From: Polyangiales bacterium
GTDB lineage: Bacteria > Myxococcota_A > Polyangia > Polyangiales > Ga0077539
NCBI GenBank assembly: GCA_044229975.1
Contig: JBGARZ010000005.1
Span: 224,001-288,000, forward strand
Direction of reading: 5' to 3'
DNA: 64,000 nucleotides
Shown here piece after piece: positions 32,252-43,697 of this stretch (the stretch's first letter is position 1; each line of letters starts with the position of its first letter). The notes below the pieces were generated by a model. The model was not told the origin of the DNA, searched no databases, and was given only the letters and a program-made list of their open reading frames with translations. The position numbers and the translations under genes are program-made.

Positions 32252-33928
32252 ATGCTCAACGACCTCTTCGCCCCATGGCGCGACGCCTGGACGCTGCACC
32301 TCGACGCCGACCTCGTCGTCGTCGACAAGCCCGTCGGCGTCTCCACCCACGCTCCCGACCCCGTGCGCCGCGACGACGCCGTCAGCCGCCTCAAGTCCTG
32401 GCTCTCCGCCCGCGACGGCACCCCGGAGTCCGCCGTCTATCTCGGCGTCCATCAGCGGCTCGATCGCGACACGTCGGGCGTGCTGCTCTTCGCGCGCCGC
32501 AAGGAGGCCAACAAGGCCGTCGCCGACGCCTTCGAATGGCGCTCGGCGAAGAAGCGCTACCTGGCCGTCGTCAGCCCCGCCCCGCGCATCGACAGCGGAA
32601 CCCTCGATGACCTCCTCGCCCCCGCCGACGACGGGATGATGCAGGTGGTCACCGCCTCGCCCCGACGCCCCGCGCCCAAAAACGCCCAGCGCGCCATCAC
32701 CCGCTGGTCCGTCGTCTCACGCCACGGGACGCGCGCCCTCGTCGCCCTCGAACCCGAGACCGGGCGCACCCATCAGCTCCGCGTTCAGCTCGCGGCGATG
32801 GGAACGCCCATCGACGGCGACCCCCTCTACGGGAAGGTCGCCGCGCCTCGCCTCATGCTCCACGCGAGCTCACTCACGCTGCCGCATCCTTCCACCGGGC
32901 GCCCTGTCACGTTCACGGCCGAGACCCCGAAGGAGCTGCTCGCCTGGGCGAAGGGCGAGCCCGACCCGCGCACGCTCGACGAGCGCCTGTGCGCCGCGGC
33001 CGACCAGCGCTGGGAGCTCGCGCGCGACCCCGACACCACCGCGTTTCGTCTCGCGCACGACGGCGACGGCTTCGCGGCGACGCCCGTCGACGTGTACGGC
33101 GACTGGGCGCTGGTCCACTGCTACGACGCGACGCTCGATGATGCGCTCGCGGGCGCGCTGCTCGTGGGCGGGCTGCGCGGCGTCTACGTGAAGCACCGCC
33201 CCAAGCAGGCCAACACCGCCGTCGACACGCGCAAGGAGTCGCTTGCGCCGAAGCACGCGGTGAGCGGCGAGGACGCGCCCGAGACGATGGAGGCGCGCGA
33301 GCACGGGCTGCGCTTCGAGGTGAAGCTCGGCGACGGTCTCTCGACCGGCATCTTCCTCGACCAGCGGGAGAACCGGCGACGCGTTCGTGAGCTCTCGGCG
33401 GGCAAGCGGGTGCTCAACCTGTTTGCGTACACGGGGGCGTTCAGCGTGGCGGCGGCGGCGGGCGGAGCGACGCACACGACGACGGTGGACGTGTCGGCCC
33501 CGGCCATCGCGTGGGCGCGCAAGAACCTCGCGCTCAACGGCGCGAGCGACGAGGCGCGGCACGTGTGCGTGGTGGCGGATGTCTTCCCGTGGATGGAGGC
33601 AGCGAAGGCGCGGAAGCAGGTGTTCGACCTGGTGCTGCTGGACCCGCCGAGCTACGCGACGACGCGCGACAGCCGGTTCTCGGCGGCGTCGGACTATCCC
33701 AAGCTCGCGGCGCTCGCGATGAAGCTCGTGGCGCCGGGCGGCAAGCTGCTGGCGTGCACCAACCACCATGACATCGCGCGGATGAAGTTCCGCCGGTGGA
33801 TGTACGAGGCGGCGCGGGCGGCGGGGCGCGAGGTGACGCAGGCGAAGGACCTCCCCGCCCCGAGCGACTTCCCCCCGGCACCGGGCGGGCACGTGCACCT
33901 GAAGTCGGTGCTGCTCACGCTGAAGTAG
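32252..33928 (+). CDS. RluA-family pseudouridine synthase fused to RlmI/RlmK-type SAM methyltransferase
   Basis: VDKPVG, HQRLDRDTSG, TGRTHQLR and GDPLYG, then TGIFLDQRENR, VLNLFAYTGAFS and LDPPSY. Confidence 0.9.
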   Translation: MLNDLFAPWRDAWTLHLDADLVVVDKPVGVSTHAPDPVRRDDAVSRLKSWLSARDGTPESAVYLGVHQRLDRDTSGVLLFARRKEANKAVADAFEWRSAKKRYLAVVSPAPRIDSGTLDDLLAPADDGMMQVVTASPRRPAPKNAQRAITRWSVVSRHGTRALVALEPETGRTHQLRVQLAAMGTPIDGDPLYGKVAAPRLMLHASSLTLPHPSTGRPVTFTAETPKELLAWAKGEPDPRTLDERLCAAADQRWELARDPDTTAFRLAHDGDGFAATPVDVYGDWALVHCYDATLDDALAGALLVGGLRGVYVKHRPKQANTAVDTRKESLAPKHAVSGEDAPETMEAREHGLRFEVKLGDGLSTGIFLDQRENRRRVRELSAGKRVLNLFAYTGAFSVAAAAGGATHTTTVDVSAPAIAWARKNLALNGASDEARHVCVVADVFPWMEAAKARKQVFDLVLLDPPSYATTRDSRFSAASDYPKLAALAMKLVAPGGKLLACTNHHDIARMKFRRWMYEAARAAGREVTQAKDLPAPSDFPPAPGGHVHLKSVLLTLK

Positions 33929-34214
33929 CGGGGGTGTCGGCCCCGTGACGGAGCCTCCGGGTGCCGCTGGAGAGCTCCGACAATCGTCCTCCGTGGCCGT
34001 CGCCGCGTCTCGCGGCCCCCACGGGTCGACCGCGACGGCGATCCCTCGCGTCTCCCGCGATCGCCACGGCGATTCGACCACCCACCCGACACCACGCCGC
34101 CGTCAACGCGGCCGACCCGCCGCGGTGACACATCCTCGCGAAACCACGCGTCAAAAACATGACTCCTGTCGCTCGGTAGCCTCCCGTTCCAAGCTTCAGA
34201 CGAGGAACCCTCCC

Positions 34215-34568
34215 ATGCGCCCCACCGACCATCACGCCGACCCGATGGCCCACTACTCCGAGCTCGCCGTGCGCGACCCGGCTCACCTCGCAGCCTGCGT
34301 CCGAGATCGCACGCTCCCGCAGGCCCACCTTGCCGTCGCCGCCGCCTGCCTCGGCCGCGCGACCGACCATGCGCTGGTGCGCGGCGCGCTCCTCCCGCTG
34401 CTCAGCCACTCGGACGTCCACGTCCGCCTCGGGGCGCTCGACGGCCTCGCGCTCCACCTCGACGCCCGCGTACGCGCCTCGCTCCAGTGGCTGCTGCTGG
34501 AGGAGCCCGACGCCCTGGTCTCTTATCGCGCGAGGACGCTCCTCAGCGTCTCGCCGCTCGCCGCCTGA
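34215..34568 (+). CDS. Small HEAT-repeat-like protein
   Basis: LLPLLSHSDVHVRLGALDGL and EPDALVSYRA resemble HEAT units. GAGGA RBS upstream. Confidence 0.5.
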   Translation: MRPTDHHADPMAHYSELAVRDPAHLAACVRDRTLPQAHLAVAAACLGRATDHALVRGALLPLLSHSDVHVRLGALDGLALHLDARVRASLQWLLLEEPDALVSYRARTLLSVSPLAA

Positions 34569-34579
34569 CGCTCCGCCGC

Positions 34580-34765
34580 CACTCCGTTAGTCGATCGAAC
34601 GCGCTCCCACCGCTCGCCTGGTCACTCCCGAAGTCGATCTTCCCGACCTCGGCCCCTCATCCGGTCACTTCCGAAGTCGATTTCCCCGACCTCGACCCCT
34701 CCAACACACACTTCCGAAGTCGGTTTCCCCGGCCCCGAACGTCTCGAAACCACTCCCGGAGTGAT
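34580..34765. repeat. Degenerate intergenic tandem array, about 43-bp period, 5 units
   Basis: CACTYCC-type unit starts at 34580, 34623, 34666, 34709 and 34751. The core CACTYCCGAAGTCG is present in the middle three units. Confidence 0.75.
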
Positions 34766-34837
34766 TCGGAACGAATTCGACCGTCGACCCGAAACCCCCG
34801 CGATCGGCGTCCCGATACGCGACCGGAGGTTGCAAAC

Positions 34838-35656
34838 ATGTCCAACTCAATCGTTTCCAAGTCGTCCGTCACCAACAACCTGTCCGTGTCCGCCACGGAC
34901 CAGCTCCCCGACGCCGAGGTCGGAGACCACAACGACGTCGCACGGCACAAGACCGCCGCGGGCTTCGTCCCGCTCGCGGAGGTGCGCCGGTGCAACGCCG
35001 ACATGCGGCTCGCGGTGTTCAACGCAACCGCGGCCCGCGCCGCGCTCCTCGCCAATCGCCCTGCCATCGAGGCGAGCGGCGTCCACTTCGACTGGACCAT
35101 CCTCGACACCCTGAACTCCCTCGGCCGCGCCGTTACGTTCATGGTGCGCCAGGTGGTCCCGGGCGAGACCAGCGACGTCAACGCGCTGCTCAAGGCCGGC
35201 CGCCCGTTGCGCCGCCTGCTCCTCGCCAACGCCCGCTTCCAGGTCATCGCCGAGCGCTGCCCCGCCGCCGCGCTGACCAACATCGCCCGCAAGCGCGGTC
35301 CCCTCGGCATCGCCGACGACCTCGTCAACCTCGCGTTCGTCCACACCCAGCACGGACTCGTCGAGGGACCCTCCATCACCCCCGAGAAGATCGCCCTCGC
35401 CAAGTCCATCGGCACCGAGCTGCGCGACAAGGTCCGCCCCACGGGAGAGACGCGTGCCGCGCCGCCCACGAGCGCCCAGCGCTACGCCACCAACCTGCGC
35501 GACCGCCTCTGGACGGTCTTCCTCCAGCGCTACCAGGCCATGGAGCGCGCGGGCGGAGCCATCTGGGGCGCCGAGCTGCGGAAGCGTGTGCCCTCCGTCC
35601 ACGCGCGCTTCGTCACGAAGAAGCCGACGAAGAAGCCAGGAGCCCCAACCGGCTGA
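34838..35656 (+). CDS. Hypothetical helical protein with basic C-terminal tail
   Basis: GGAGG RBS and strong GC3 bias. No recognisable domain. Confidence 0.7.
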   Translation: MSNSIVSKSSVTNNLSVSATDQLPDAEVGDHNDVARHKTAAGFVPLAEVRRCNADMRLAVFNATAARAALLANRPAIEASGVHFDWTILDTLNSLGRAVTFMVRQVVPGETSDVNALLKAGRPLRRLLLANARFQVIAERCPAAALTNIARKRGPLGIADDLVNLAFVHTQHGLVEGPSITPEKIALAKSIGTELRDKVRPTGETRAAPPTSAQRYATNLRDRLWTVFLQRYQAMERAGGAIWGAELRKRVPSVHARFVTKKPTKKPGAPTG

Positions 35657-35663
35657 CCGTCGC

Positions 35664-36266
35664 CTACGCCTCGCGCTCTTCCCTTGCGCTGAGGCACCCC
35701 TCGCTCCCCGCCGGAAACACCCGGCAGTTGTCCGGCCTCAGCTCGTAGATCCCGCAGTCGTTGCCGCGCAGGTGCACGCAGTCCCCGCCGCGCAGCACCC
35801 GCAGCACCCGCCGACCGCGCGACACCCGGACGAACCCCTCCCCCGACAGCTCCGCCCGCCCCTCCTCCGCCCAGCGCGCCTCGTCCTCCTCCTCCAGCTC
35901 CACGCGGTTCTTCCGGCAGCACATCGCGCACGCGCGGCAGTCGAGCGCCTCGGCCACCATCGCGCCAGGGTGCTCACCGTCGCGCTCGCACCACTCAGCC
36001 ACCTGCTCGCACAGCCGCTTGGGGAGCTTCACCGCCGCGAGCCCCGCCGCCTCGCCCGCCTCCACCTCGTCGAAGCCGCCCACTCCCAGGTCGAGCAGCG
36101 CCCACGCCGTCAGCTCGGGGATCATCCCCTCGTCACACGGCAGCAGCAGCCGCCACCGCGGCTCGCTGCGAATCACCGCGTGACCGCCGTCGCGCACGTG
36201 CGCCACCGCGTTGGCCTCGTACTTCGGGTCGTAGGTTCGCCACACGGGCCGCCACACGTCGCTCAT
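35664..36266 (-). CDS. YkgJ-family (CxxCxxCC) cysteine-cluster protein
   Basis: DCRACAMCC...CVHL...CGIYELRPDNCRVFP. Confidence 0.85.
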   Translation of the reverse strand: MSDVWRPVWRTYDPKYEANAVAHVRDGGHAVIRSEPRWRLLLPCDEGMIPELTAWALLDLGVGGFDEVEAGEAAGLAAVKLPKRLCEQVAEWCERDGEHPGAMVAEALDCRACAMCCRKNRVELEEEDEARWAEEGRAELSGEGFVRVSRGRRVLRVLRGGDCVHLRGNDCGIYELRPDNCRVFPAGSEGCLSAREEREA

Positions 36267-36337
36267 CGCGCCCACCCCTTACACCGACGAGCGCGCCCTT
36301 GACGACCCGCACGCGCGCACCCGATGGTCCCGCGCCT

Positions 36338-37366
36338 ATGCACGACCGCTTCCTCCGCGCCTGCCGCCGCGAGCCCGTCGACCGAACGCCCGTGTGGTTC
36401 ATGCGCCAGGCCGGCCGCTACATGGCCGAGTACCGCGCGCTTCGCACGAAGCACACGCTGCTCGACATCTGCCGCACCCCCGAGCTCGCGCTGGAGGTCA
36501 CCCTCCAACCGCTGCGCCGCTTCTCCTTCGACGCCGCCATCCTCTTCGCGGACATCCTCCTGCCGCTCGCCCCGATGGGCGCGTCGTTCGAGTTCGCGAA
36601 GGGCGAAGGCCCCGTCATCCACGAGCCCATCCGAACGCGCGCCCAGATCGACGCGCTGCGCGTCATCGACCCCGCCGAAGACCTCGGCTACGTGCTCGAA
36701 GCGGTGCGCCTCATCCGCCGCGAGCTCGACGGCAAGACGCCGCTCATCGGCTTCGCGGGCGCGCCCTTCACGCTCGCGAGCTACCTCATCGAGGGCGGCC
36801 GCTCGTCGCACTTCGCCCTCACCAAGACCCTCATGTACCAGGACCCCGACTCCTGGAACGCCCTCATGACCACCCTCTCCGCCGTCGTCCTGCGCCTCTT
36901 GAACGCGCAGATCGACGCGGGCGCCCAGGCCGTCCAGCTCTTCGACTCCTGGGTCGGCCAGCTCTCCCCCGACGACTACGCCACCTACGTCGCGCCGCAC
37001 GTCCACGGCATCCTCCAACCGCTCATGACCCGCGGCGTCCCGGTGCTCCACTTCGGCACCGGCACCGCCACGCTCCTCGAAGCCCAGCGCGACGCCGGCG
37101 GAACCGTCATCGGCGTCGACTGGCGCACCCCCCTGGACGACGCGTGGCGCCGCCTGGGCGATGGCGTCGCGGTGCAGGGCAACCTCGACCCGACGCTGCT
37201 CCTCGCGCCGAAGGACGTGCTCCTCGCCGCCGCGGGCCGTGTGCTCGACCGCGCCGCCAACCGCAACGGCCACGTCTTCAACCTCGGCCACGGCATCCTC
37301 CCGGAGACGCCCCCCGACCACGTCGCGGCGGTGGTCGACTTCGTGCACTCGCGCTCGGAGCGATGA
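36338..37366 (+). CDS. hemE: Uroporphyrinogen decarboxylase
   Basis: PVWFMRQAGRYMAEY, LIGFAGAPFTLASY and FNLGHGILP motifs. Confidence 0.97.
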   Translation: MHDRFLRACRREPVDRTPVWFMRQAGRYMAEYRALRTKHTLLDICRTPELALEVTLQPLRRFSFDAAILFADILLPLAPMGASFEFAKGEGPVIHEPIRTRAQIDALRVIDPAEDLGYVLEAVRLIRRELDGKTPLIGFAGAPFTLASYLIEGGRSSHFALTKTLMYQDPDSWNALMTTLSAVVLRLLNAQIDAGAQAVQLFDSWVGQLSPDDYATYVAPHVHGILQPLMTRGVPVLHFGTGTATLLEAQRDAGGTVIGVDWRTPLDDAWRRLGDGVAVQGNLDPTLLLAPKDVLLAAAGRVLDRAANRNGHVFNLGHGILPETPPDHVAAVVDFVHSRSER

Positions 37367-38778
37367 CCCACCACACACTCGTCGTCGGCGGCGGCGTCTC
37401 TGGCCTCGTCACGGCATGGTCGCTCCTCCGACGCGCCCGCGAGCTCGGCCTCGACGCCGCCGTCACGGTGCTCGAAGCCTCCCACCGCACCGGCGGCAAC
37501 CTCGTCACCGACCGCGTCGACGGCTTCGTCATCGACGGCGGCCCCGACTCCTGGATCGCCTCCAAGCCCGCCGCCTCCGCCCTCTGCCGCGACCTCGGCC
37601 TCGGCGACGAGCTCATCGAGACCGTCGCCGCCAACCGGCGCATCTATGTCGCCCACGGCGCAGCGCTTGCGCCGATGCCCGAGGGCGTGGTGCTCGGCGT
37701 CCCCACGCGGCTGCGCCCGATGCTGGGGAGCCCGCTGCTGCCGTGGCGCGCCAAGGCCCGCCTCGTGCTCGACCGCGCGCTGCCGTTCAGCGCCCGCCAT
37801 GGCGACGACGACGAGGCCCTCGGCGCCATGGTCGCCCGCCACCTCGGGCGCGACGTGGTCTCGGCCTTCACCGAGCCGCTCCTCGCGGGCATCTATGCGG
37901 GCGACGCGTGGAGCCTGTCCGCGCGCTCGACCTTCCCCGCCCTCGTCGACGCCGCCCGCCGCGGCGGATCGCTCATGGTCAACGCCCGCGCCGCCGTCCC
38001 GAAGCGCTTCCCGGGCGCGGCACCGGCGTCGATGTTCACCTCGCTGCGCGGCGGCGTCGGAACCCTCATCGACGCCCTCGCCAACGCGCTACCGCCCGCG
38101 ACGGTTCGCACCGGCACGGCCGCGCGCTCGGTCGCTCGCGAGGGCGCGCGCTACGTGGTGACCACCGCCACGGGCGAGTCCATCGCGGCGGATGCGGTGG
38201 TGCTCGCGATGCCCATGCAGCGCTCGGCGGCGCTGGTGCGCGGGCTCGACGAGACGCTCGCGGCCCGGCTCGACGCGCTGGGGTGGTCGTCGGTGGCGAC
38301 GGTGTTCTTTGCCTTCCCGAAGGCGGCGATCGGGCGAGCGCTCGATGCGACGGGCTTCGTGGTTCCGAAGCGCGAGGGCCGGCGCATCCTCGCGTCGACC
38401 TGGGTCTCCAGCAAGTGGCCGGGGCGAGCGCCCGACGACACCGTGCTGCTGCGGGTGTTTCTCGGAGGACTCGGTCACGAAGACCGCGCGTCGCTGCCCG
38501 AGGACGAGCTCGTCGCGATGGCGCGCGAAGAGCTGTCGGCGTTGGTGGCGGTGCGCGGCGAGGCGCTGTGGACGCGGGTGTATCGCTTCCTCGGAACATC
38601 CCCGCAGCCCACGGTGGGACACGCCGCGCGGGTGGGTGTCATCCGCGAAGCGCTGAAGAATCATCCGGGGCTGATGACGATTGGGGCGGGGTTCGAGGGC
38701 GTCGGCATCCCGGATGTGGTAGCCCTCGCGCGCCGCACCGGTGAGCGCATCGCCGAGGAGGCCCCGCTGAGGGCCTAA
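37363..38778 (+). CDS. hemY: Proto-/coproporphyrinogen oxidase (HemY type)
   Basis: VVGGGVSGL FAD motif, DGGPDSW, EPLLAGIYAGD, SSKWPGRAP and GVGIPD. ATGA overlap with hemE. Confidence 0.92.
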   Translation: MTHHTLVVGGGVSGLVTAWSLLRRARELGLDAAVTVLEASHRTGGNLVTDRVDGFVIDGGPDSWIASKPAASALCRDLGLGDELIETVAANRRIYVAHGAALAPMPEGVVLGVPTRLRPMLGSPLLPWRAKARLVLDRALPFSARHGDDDEALGAMVARHLGRDVVSAFTEPLLAGIYAGDAWSLSARSTFPALVDAARRGGSLMVNARAAVPKRFPGAAPASMFTSLRGGVGTLIDALANALPPATVRTGTAARSVAREGARYVVTTATGESIAADAVVLAMPMQRSAALVRGLDETLAARLDALGWSSVATVFFAFPKAAIGRALDATGFVVPKREGRRILASTWVSSKWPGRAPDDTVLLRVFLGGLGHEDRASLPEDELVAMAREELSALVAVRGEALWTRVYRFLGTSPQPTVGHAARVGVIREALKNHPGLMTIGAGFEGVGIPDVVALARRTGERIAEEAPLRA

Positions 38779-38876
38779 ACCCCGCTGCATCACAGCAGTC
38801 CTCGTCGCCACCGCTCCTCTCAAAAGCACAGCTCTCACGGTTTCGCGCGGCGTTCCCCGTACGCTCGGAGTTCTTC

Positions 38877-40199
<1,323 letters not shown>

Positions 40200-40211
40200 G
40201 CAGCACACCAG

Positions 40212-40250
40212 GCCCGGCTGCCGTGGGTTTTCAACCCGCGGTAGCCGGGC
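40212..40250. terminator. Strong hairpin between convergent genes (terminator or REP-like)
   Basis: GCCCGGCTGCCGTGGGTT-TTC-AACCCGCGGTAGCCGGGC, an 18-bp stem with two G-U pairs, overlapping the MFS stop codon. There is no long U tract. Confidence 0.55.
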
Positions 40251-41427
40251 GCGATGCCGCCGGATCATCCTTCGCGAACACCGTCGCGAACACCGCGAAC
40301 GCCACCCACATCACCGCGAGGTGCGCGAGCATCCCGGCCCCGCCGGAGCGCACGAAGAGCTCGCCCGACAACGGCGGTCCCAGCAGCATGCCCGCGGCGT
40401 AGAAGGTGTTGTAGATCGCGTTGGAGCGGGAGTAGTTCCACGGCTCGGTGACGACCCCCTGGAGGGCGAGGCTCACCGGCGAGATGGACGCCAACGTCGC
40501 GCCCGCGACAAAGACCGCCCCGGCCATGAACGCGAAGCGATCGAGCAGCACGAACGACGCCGTCATGGCGGCGCCGATGATGGCCAGCACGCGCATCACC
40601 TTGAGGTGCCCGTACCGATCACCGAGCCGCCCCGACACGTTGGAGAACAACAACATCCCCGCCGCGAAGAACGCCGTCACCAGGATGGTCTGCTCCCTCG
40701 GGATACCCTTCGACTCCACGAGAAACAGCGGGAGAAACAGCACCACCGACGCTTGGAAGTACCCGTAGGCGAAGGTGCCGAAGCACGACGTCTTGATGCG
40801 CCAGAGCAACGTTCGCGCGGGCACCATCGGTCCGTCCGCGGCGGTGTCGTGGCCGTGGGTCTCGGGCACGTCGGCGTCGAGCCGCGCGGCCACCAGCGAC
40901 GCCGCCGCCACCGAGAGCGCGCCCGCCACCATGAACGCCGTCGACCGCGGCGCAAACATCACCACGGCGCGCGCGACGAGCGGACCCACCACGTACCCGA
41001 GAGCGACGGCGACGGCGTACAGGCTCGTCACGTAGGCCTTGTGTTCGGTGCGTGAGCGCGACAGCAGGATGGTCTCGCTGCTCACCCACACGCCCACGGA
41101 AAACGCCCCGTCGAAGACGCGCGCCGCCGCGATGGCGTCGTAGGAGTGGAGGTGCGGGAAGAGCGCGACGCACACGGCGTATCCGAGCAGCGATGCGACG
41201 AGCACGGCGCGCGCGGAGAAGCGCCGGATGAGCGCGCCCATCGGCAGCGACAGCATCACGATGCCGAGCGCGAACCACGACGCGAGGGTTCCGATGTCGT
41301 GCTTGGTGAAGTGCGCGGCGTCGAGGTGGAGCGAGGCCAGCGCGATGGACACGCCATAGCCCGAGGCCAGGAGCAGCGTCGCGCCGTAGATGACGAGGAT
41401 GTTGCGGTCGCCGATGCGTTCGATCAC
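40231..41427 (-). CDS. MFS transporter
   Basis: About 12 hydrophobic segments with motif A variants (GALIRRFSAR, GRLGDRYGH). Confidence 0.9.
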   Translation of the reverse strand: MIERIGDRNILVIYGATLLLASGYGVSIALASLHLDAAHFTKHDIGTLASWFALGIVMLSLPMGALIRRFSARAVLVASLLGYAVCVALFPHLHSYDAIAAARVFDGAFSVGVWVSSETILLSRSRTEHKAYVTSLYAVAVALGYVVGPLVARAVVMFAPRSTAFMVAGALSVAAASLVAARLDADVPETHGHDTAADGPMVPARTLLWRIKTSCFGTFAYGYFQASVVLFLPLFLVESKGIPREQTILVTAFFAAGMLLFSNVSGRLGDRYGHLKVMRVLAIIGAAMTASFVLLDRFAFMAGAVFVAGATLASISPVSLALQGVVTEPWNYSRSNAIYNTFYAAGMLLGPPLSGELFVRSGGAGMLAHLAVMWVAFAVFATVFAKDDPAASRPATAG

Positions 41428-41470
41428 GGCGCGCACCGTAGCGGGGTGGGGCGGCTGGGTGGGCGCGAAT

Positions 41471-42514
41471 CTACGGGCAGGCGGCGGGGCGCACCTCGTA
41501 GCGGACGTCGGCCCCGGTGAGGCCCGTCACGCGGACGGCGTAGCGCGACCCGGCGACGATCTCGGGCATGCTCCACGACACCGTGGGGTCGCCATAGTTG
41601 CCGGTTCGCATCACGGTCATGACCGACAGCGCGGCGCCATCGCGGGTGACCTCGACGCGGGTGCCGGCGCCCACGCCGAGCGACGCCGACGAGAACGACC
41701 AGATGCGGGTCATCGCGCCCATCGGGGTCGCGCCCGCGTTGGGCCACGCGACGAAGGAGCCCACGCGGGGGTTGGCGGTCGCGCCGAGGATGTGGAGGCA
41801 CGCGTAGCCCGCGCTCTGCCCGTAGCCAACGGCGCTGAGCGGCGGAAAGAGCATCCAGCGGCGGTGGCCGAGGGTGTTGCTGAGGTCGCGGCTGTCGTCG
41901 ATCCAGCCGTCGATGGCGGTGCGCACGGTCATCGGGAAGCCGCGCGCGCCGGTGATGTTGCTGCTCGATGTTCCCTGGTAGCCGAGCGACGACCAGCAGG
42001 TCCAGGTCATCGGGGGCGTGTGGTTGAGCTGCCCGTTGCGCTCGACGAGCACGGCGCACGCCTGGGCGGCGGCGGTCTGCGTGGCGTCGTCGCGCACCGG
42101 GGCGAGGCCCGCGAGCCAGCGGTAGGTGTTGGTCAACCGAACGGCCGCGGCACGCGTCGCGGCTGGGAGCGCACCGGGCTCGCACATGGACGCGCCGGGT
42201 GTCCACGCGGCGAGGGAGGCGAGGTCGGCGGTGTCGGCGTTCCATCGGGCGCAGACGGCGGCCTCGTCGCGCGCGGCGGGGTCGACGTCGACGGCGGGCC
42301 GAGCGTCGACGGCGACGACATCGAGCCGCCCGGCATCGACGAGGGTGACGTCATCGAGGAGGGTGACGTCGGGTGTGGAGTCAGCGCCCGCGTCGACGGT
42401 GACGGGCGCCGTCGGGGTGTCGTCTTGAAACCAGGCGAGGCACCCGGTGACTCCAAAGGCCGTGAGGGCGAGAACGCAACGAACAGAGTCCAGGTTGAGC
42501 AAGGTGGCGTCCAC
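41471..42514 (-). CDS. CAP (SCP/PR-1) domain lipoprotein
   Basis: Lipobox-like VTGC, then TNTYRWLAGL, LNHTP and LGHRRWML motifs. Only the 3' part of the long ORF in the track looks genuine. Start uncertain. Confidence 0.75.
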   Translation of the reverse strand: MDATLLNLDSVRCVLALTAFGVTGCLAWFQDDTPTAPVTVDAGADSTPDVTLLDDVTLVDAGRLDVVAVDARPAVDVDPAARDEAAVCARWNADTADLASLAAWTPGASMCEPGALPAATRAAAVRLTNTYRWLAGLAPVRDDATQTAAAQACAVLVERNGQLNHTPPMTWTCWSSLGYQGTSSSNITGARGFPMTVRTAIDGWIDDSRDLSNTLGHRRWMLFPPLSAVGYGQSAGYACLHILGATANPRVGSFVAWPNAGATPMGAMTRIWSFSSASLGVGAGTRVEVTRDGAALSVMTVMRTGNYGDPTVSWSMPEIVAGSRYAVRVTGLTGADVRYEVRPAACP

Positions 42515-42640
42515 GGGGGGTGCACGGCTCCTTCGGGTCGACGAACGGCCCGACGTCGGGTGCGGAGGTCTTACGCGTGAAGGGTGGTTGCCCTGGACGC
42601 GTCGGCCGTTCACCGCTAACCCCCTCCGACCAACGAAGCC

Positions 42641-43693
42641 ATGAGCACTGACATCAGCCAGCGGAAGCGTGACCACATCGACCTCTGCGCCACCGGAGAC
42701 GTGGGCTTTCGGGAGGCCACGACGCTCCTCTCGGGCGTCCGGCTCGTCCACGACGCGCTGCCCGACCTCGACGCCGACGCGCTCGACACGCGGGTGACGG
42801 TGCTCGGCAAGACGCTGCGCTTTCCGCTGGTCATCGCGGCCATGACGGGTGGCACCGCGGAGGCAGCGGCGATCAACCGCGACCTCGCGTCCATCGCCGA
42901 GGCGCGCGGCTACGGCTTCGGGCTCGGCAGCCAGCGCGCGATGCAGAAGAAGGGCGACGTCGCGTGGACCTACGCCGTGCGCGAGGTCGCACCGACCACC
43001 CTGGTGCTGGGCAACGTGGGCATGGTGCAGGGTCGGCAGATGACCCGCGAGGTGCTGCGCGGGCTCGTGCGCGACGTGGGCGCCGACGCGCTGTGCGTGC
43101 ACCTCAACCCGGCGATGGAGCTCGTGCAGCCGGGCGGCGACCGCGACTTCCGCGGCGGCGCAGACTTCTTCCGCGAGATGGCGGCGGACTTCGACGTGCC
43201 GGTGGTGGCCAAGGAGACGGGCAACGGCATCGGCGCGGCGGCGGCGAAGAAGCTGCGGGCCGCTGGGGTGAAGCACGTCGACGTGAGCGGCGCGGGCGGC
43301 ACGTCGTGGGTGGGCGTCGAGACGCTGCGCGCGACGGGCGGGGCGCGGGCGCTGGGCGAGGCGCTGTGGGACTGGGGGGTTCCGACGGCGGCGAGCGTGG
43401 CGTTCACGGTGGCGGCGGGCTTCGAGACGGTGATCGCGACGGGGGGAGTGTTCAGCGGATCGGACGTGGCGCGCGCGCTGGCGCTGGGCGCGACGGCGGC
43501 GGGCATCGCGCGGCCGGTGCTGAAGGCTCACCGGGAGGGCGGGCGCGAGGGGGCGGAGGCGTTCCTCGATGGGGTGGAGCGCGAGGTGCGAGCGATCATG
43601 CTGCTCACCGGGTCGGCGGACGTAGCGGCGCTGCGGCGGGCGCCGCGGGTGATCGTGGGCGAGCTCGCGCAGTGGATCGCGCAGGCGGGCTGA
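42641..43693 (+). CDS. fni: Type 2 (FMN-dependent) isopentenyl-diphosphate isomerase
   Basis: RKRDHI, AMTGG, GSQR, HLNPAME, KETGNG and GAGGTSW motifs. Confidence 0.95.
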   Translation: MSTDISQRKRDHIDLCATGDVGFREATTLLSGVRLVHDALPDLDADALDTRVTVLGKTLRFPLVIAAMTGGTAEAAAINRDLASIAEARGYGFGLGSQRAMQKKGDVAWTYAVREVAPTTLVLGNVGMVQGRQMTREVLRGLVRDVGADALCVHLNPAMELVQPGGDRDFRGGADFFREMAADFDVPVVAKETGNGIGAAAAKKLRAAGVKHVDVSGAGGTSWVGVETLRATGGARALGEALWDWGVPTAASVAFTVAAGFETVIATGGVFSGSDVARALALGATAAGIARPVLKAHREGGREGAEAFLDGVEREVRAIMLLTGSADVAALRRAPRVIVGELAQWIAQAG

Positions 43694-43697
43694 GCGG

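Noticed and set aside
34580..34765. Possible CRISPR array
   Set aside because: The units are degenerate and similar along their whole length, with no unique spacers. The period is too short and there are no cas genes.
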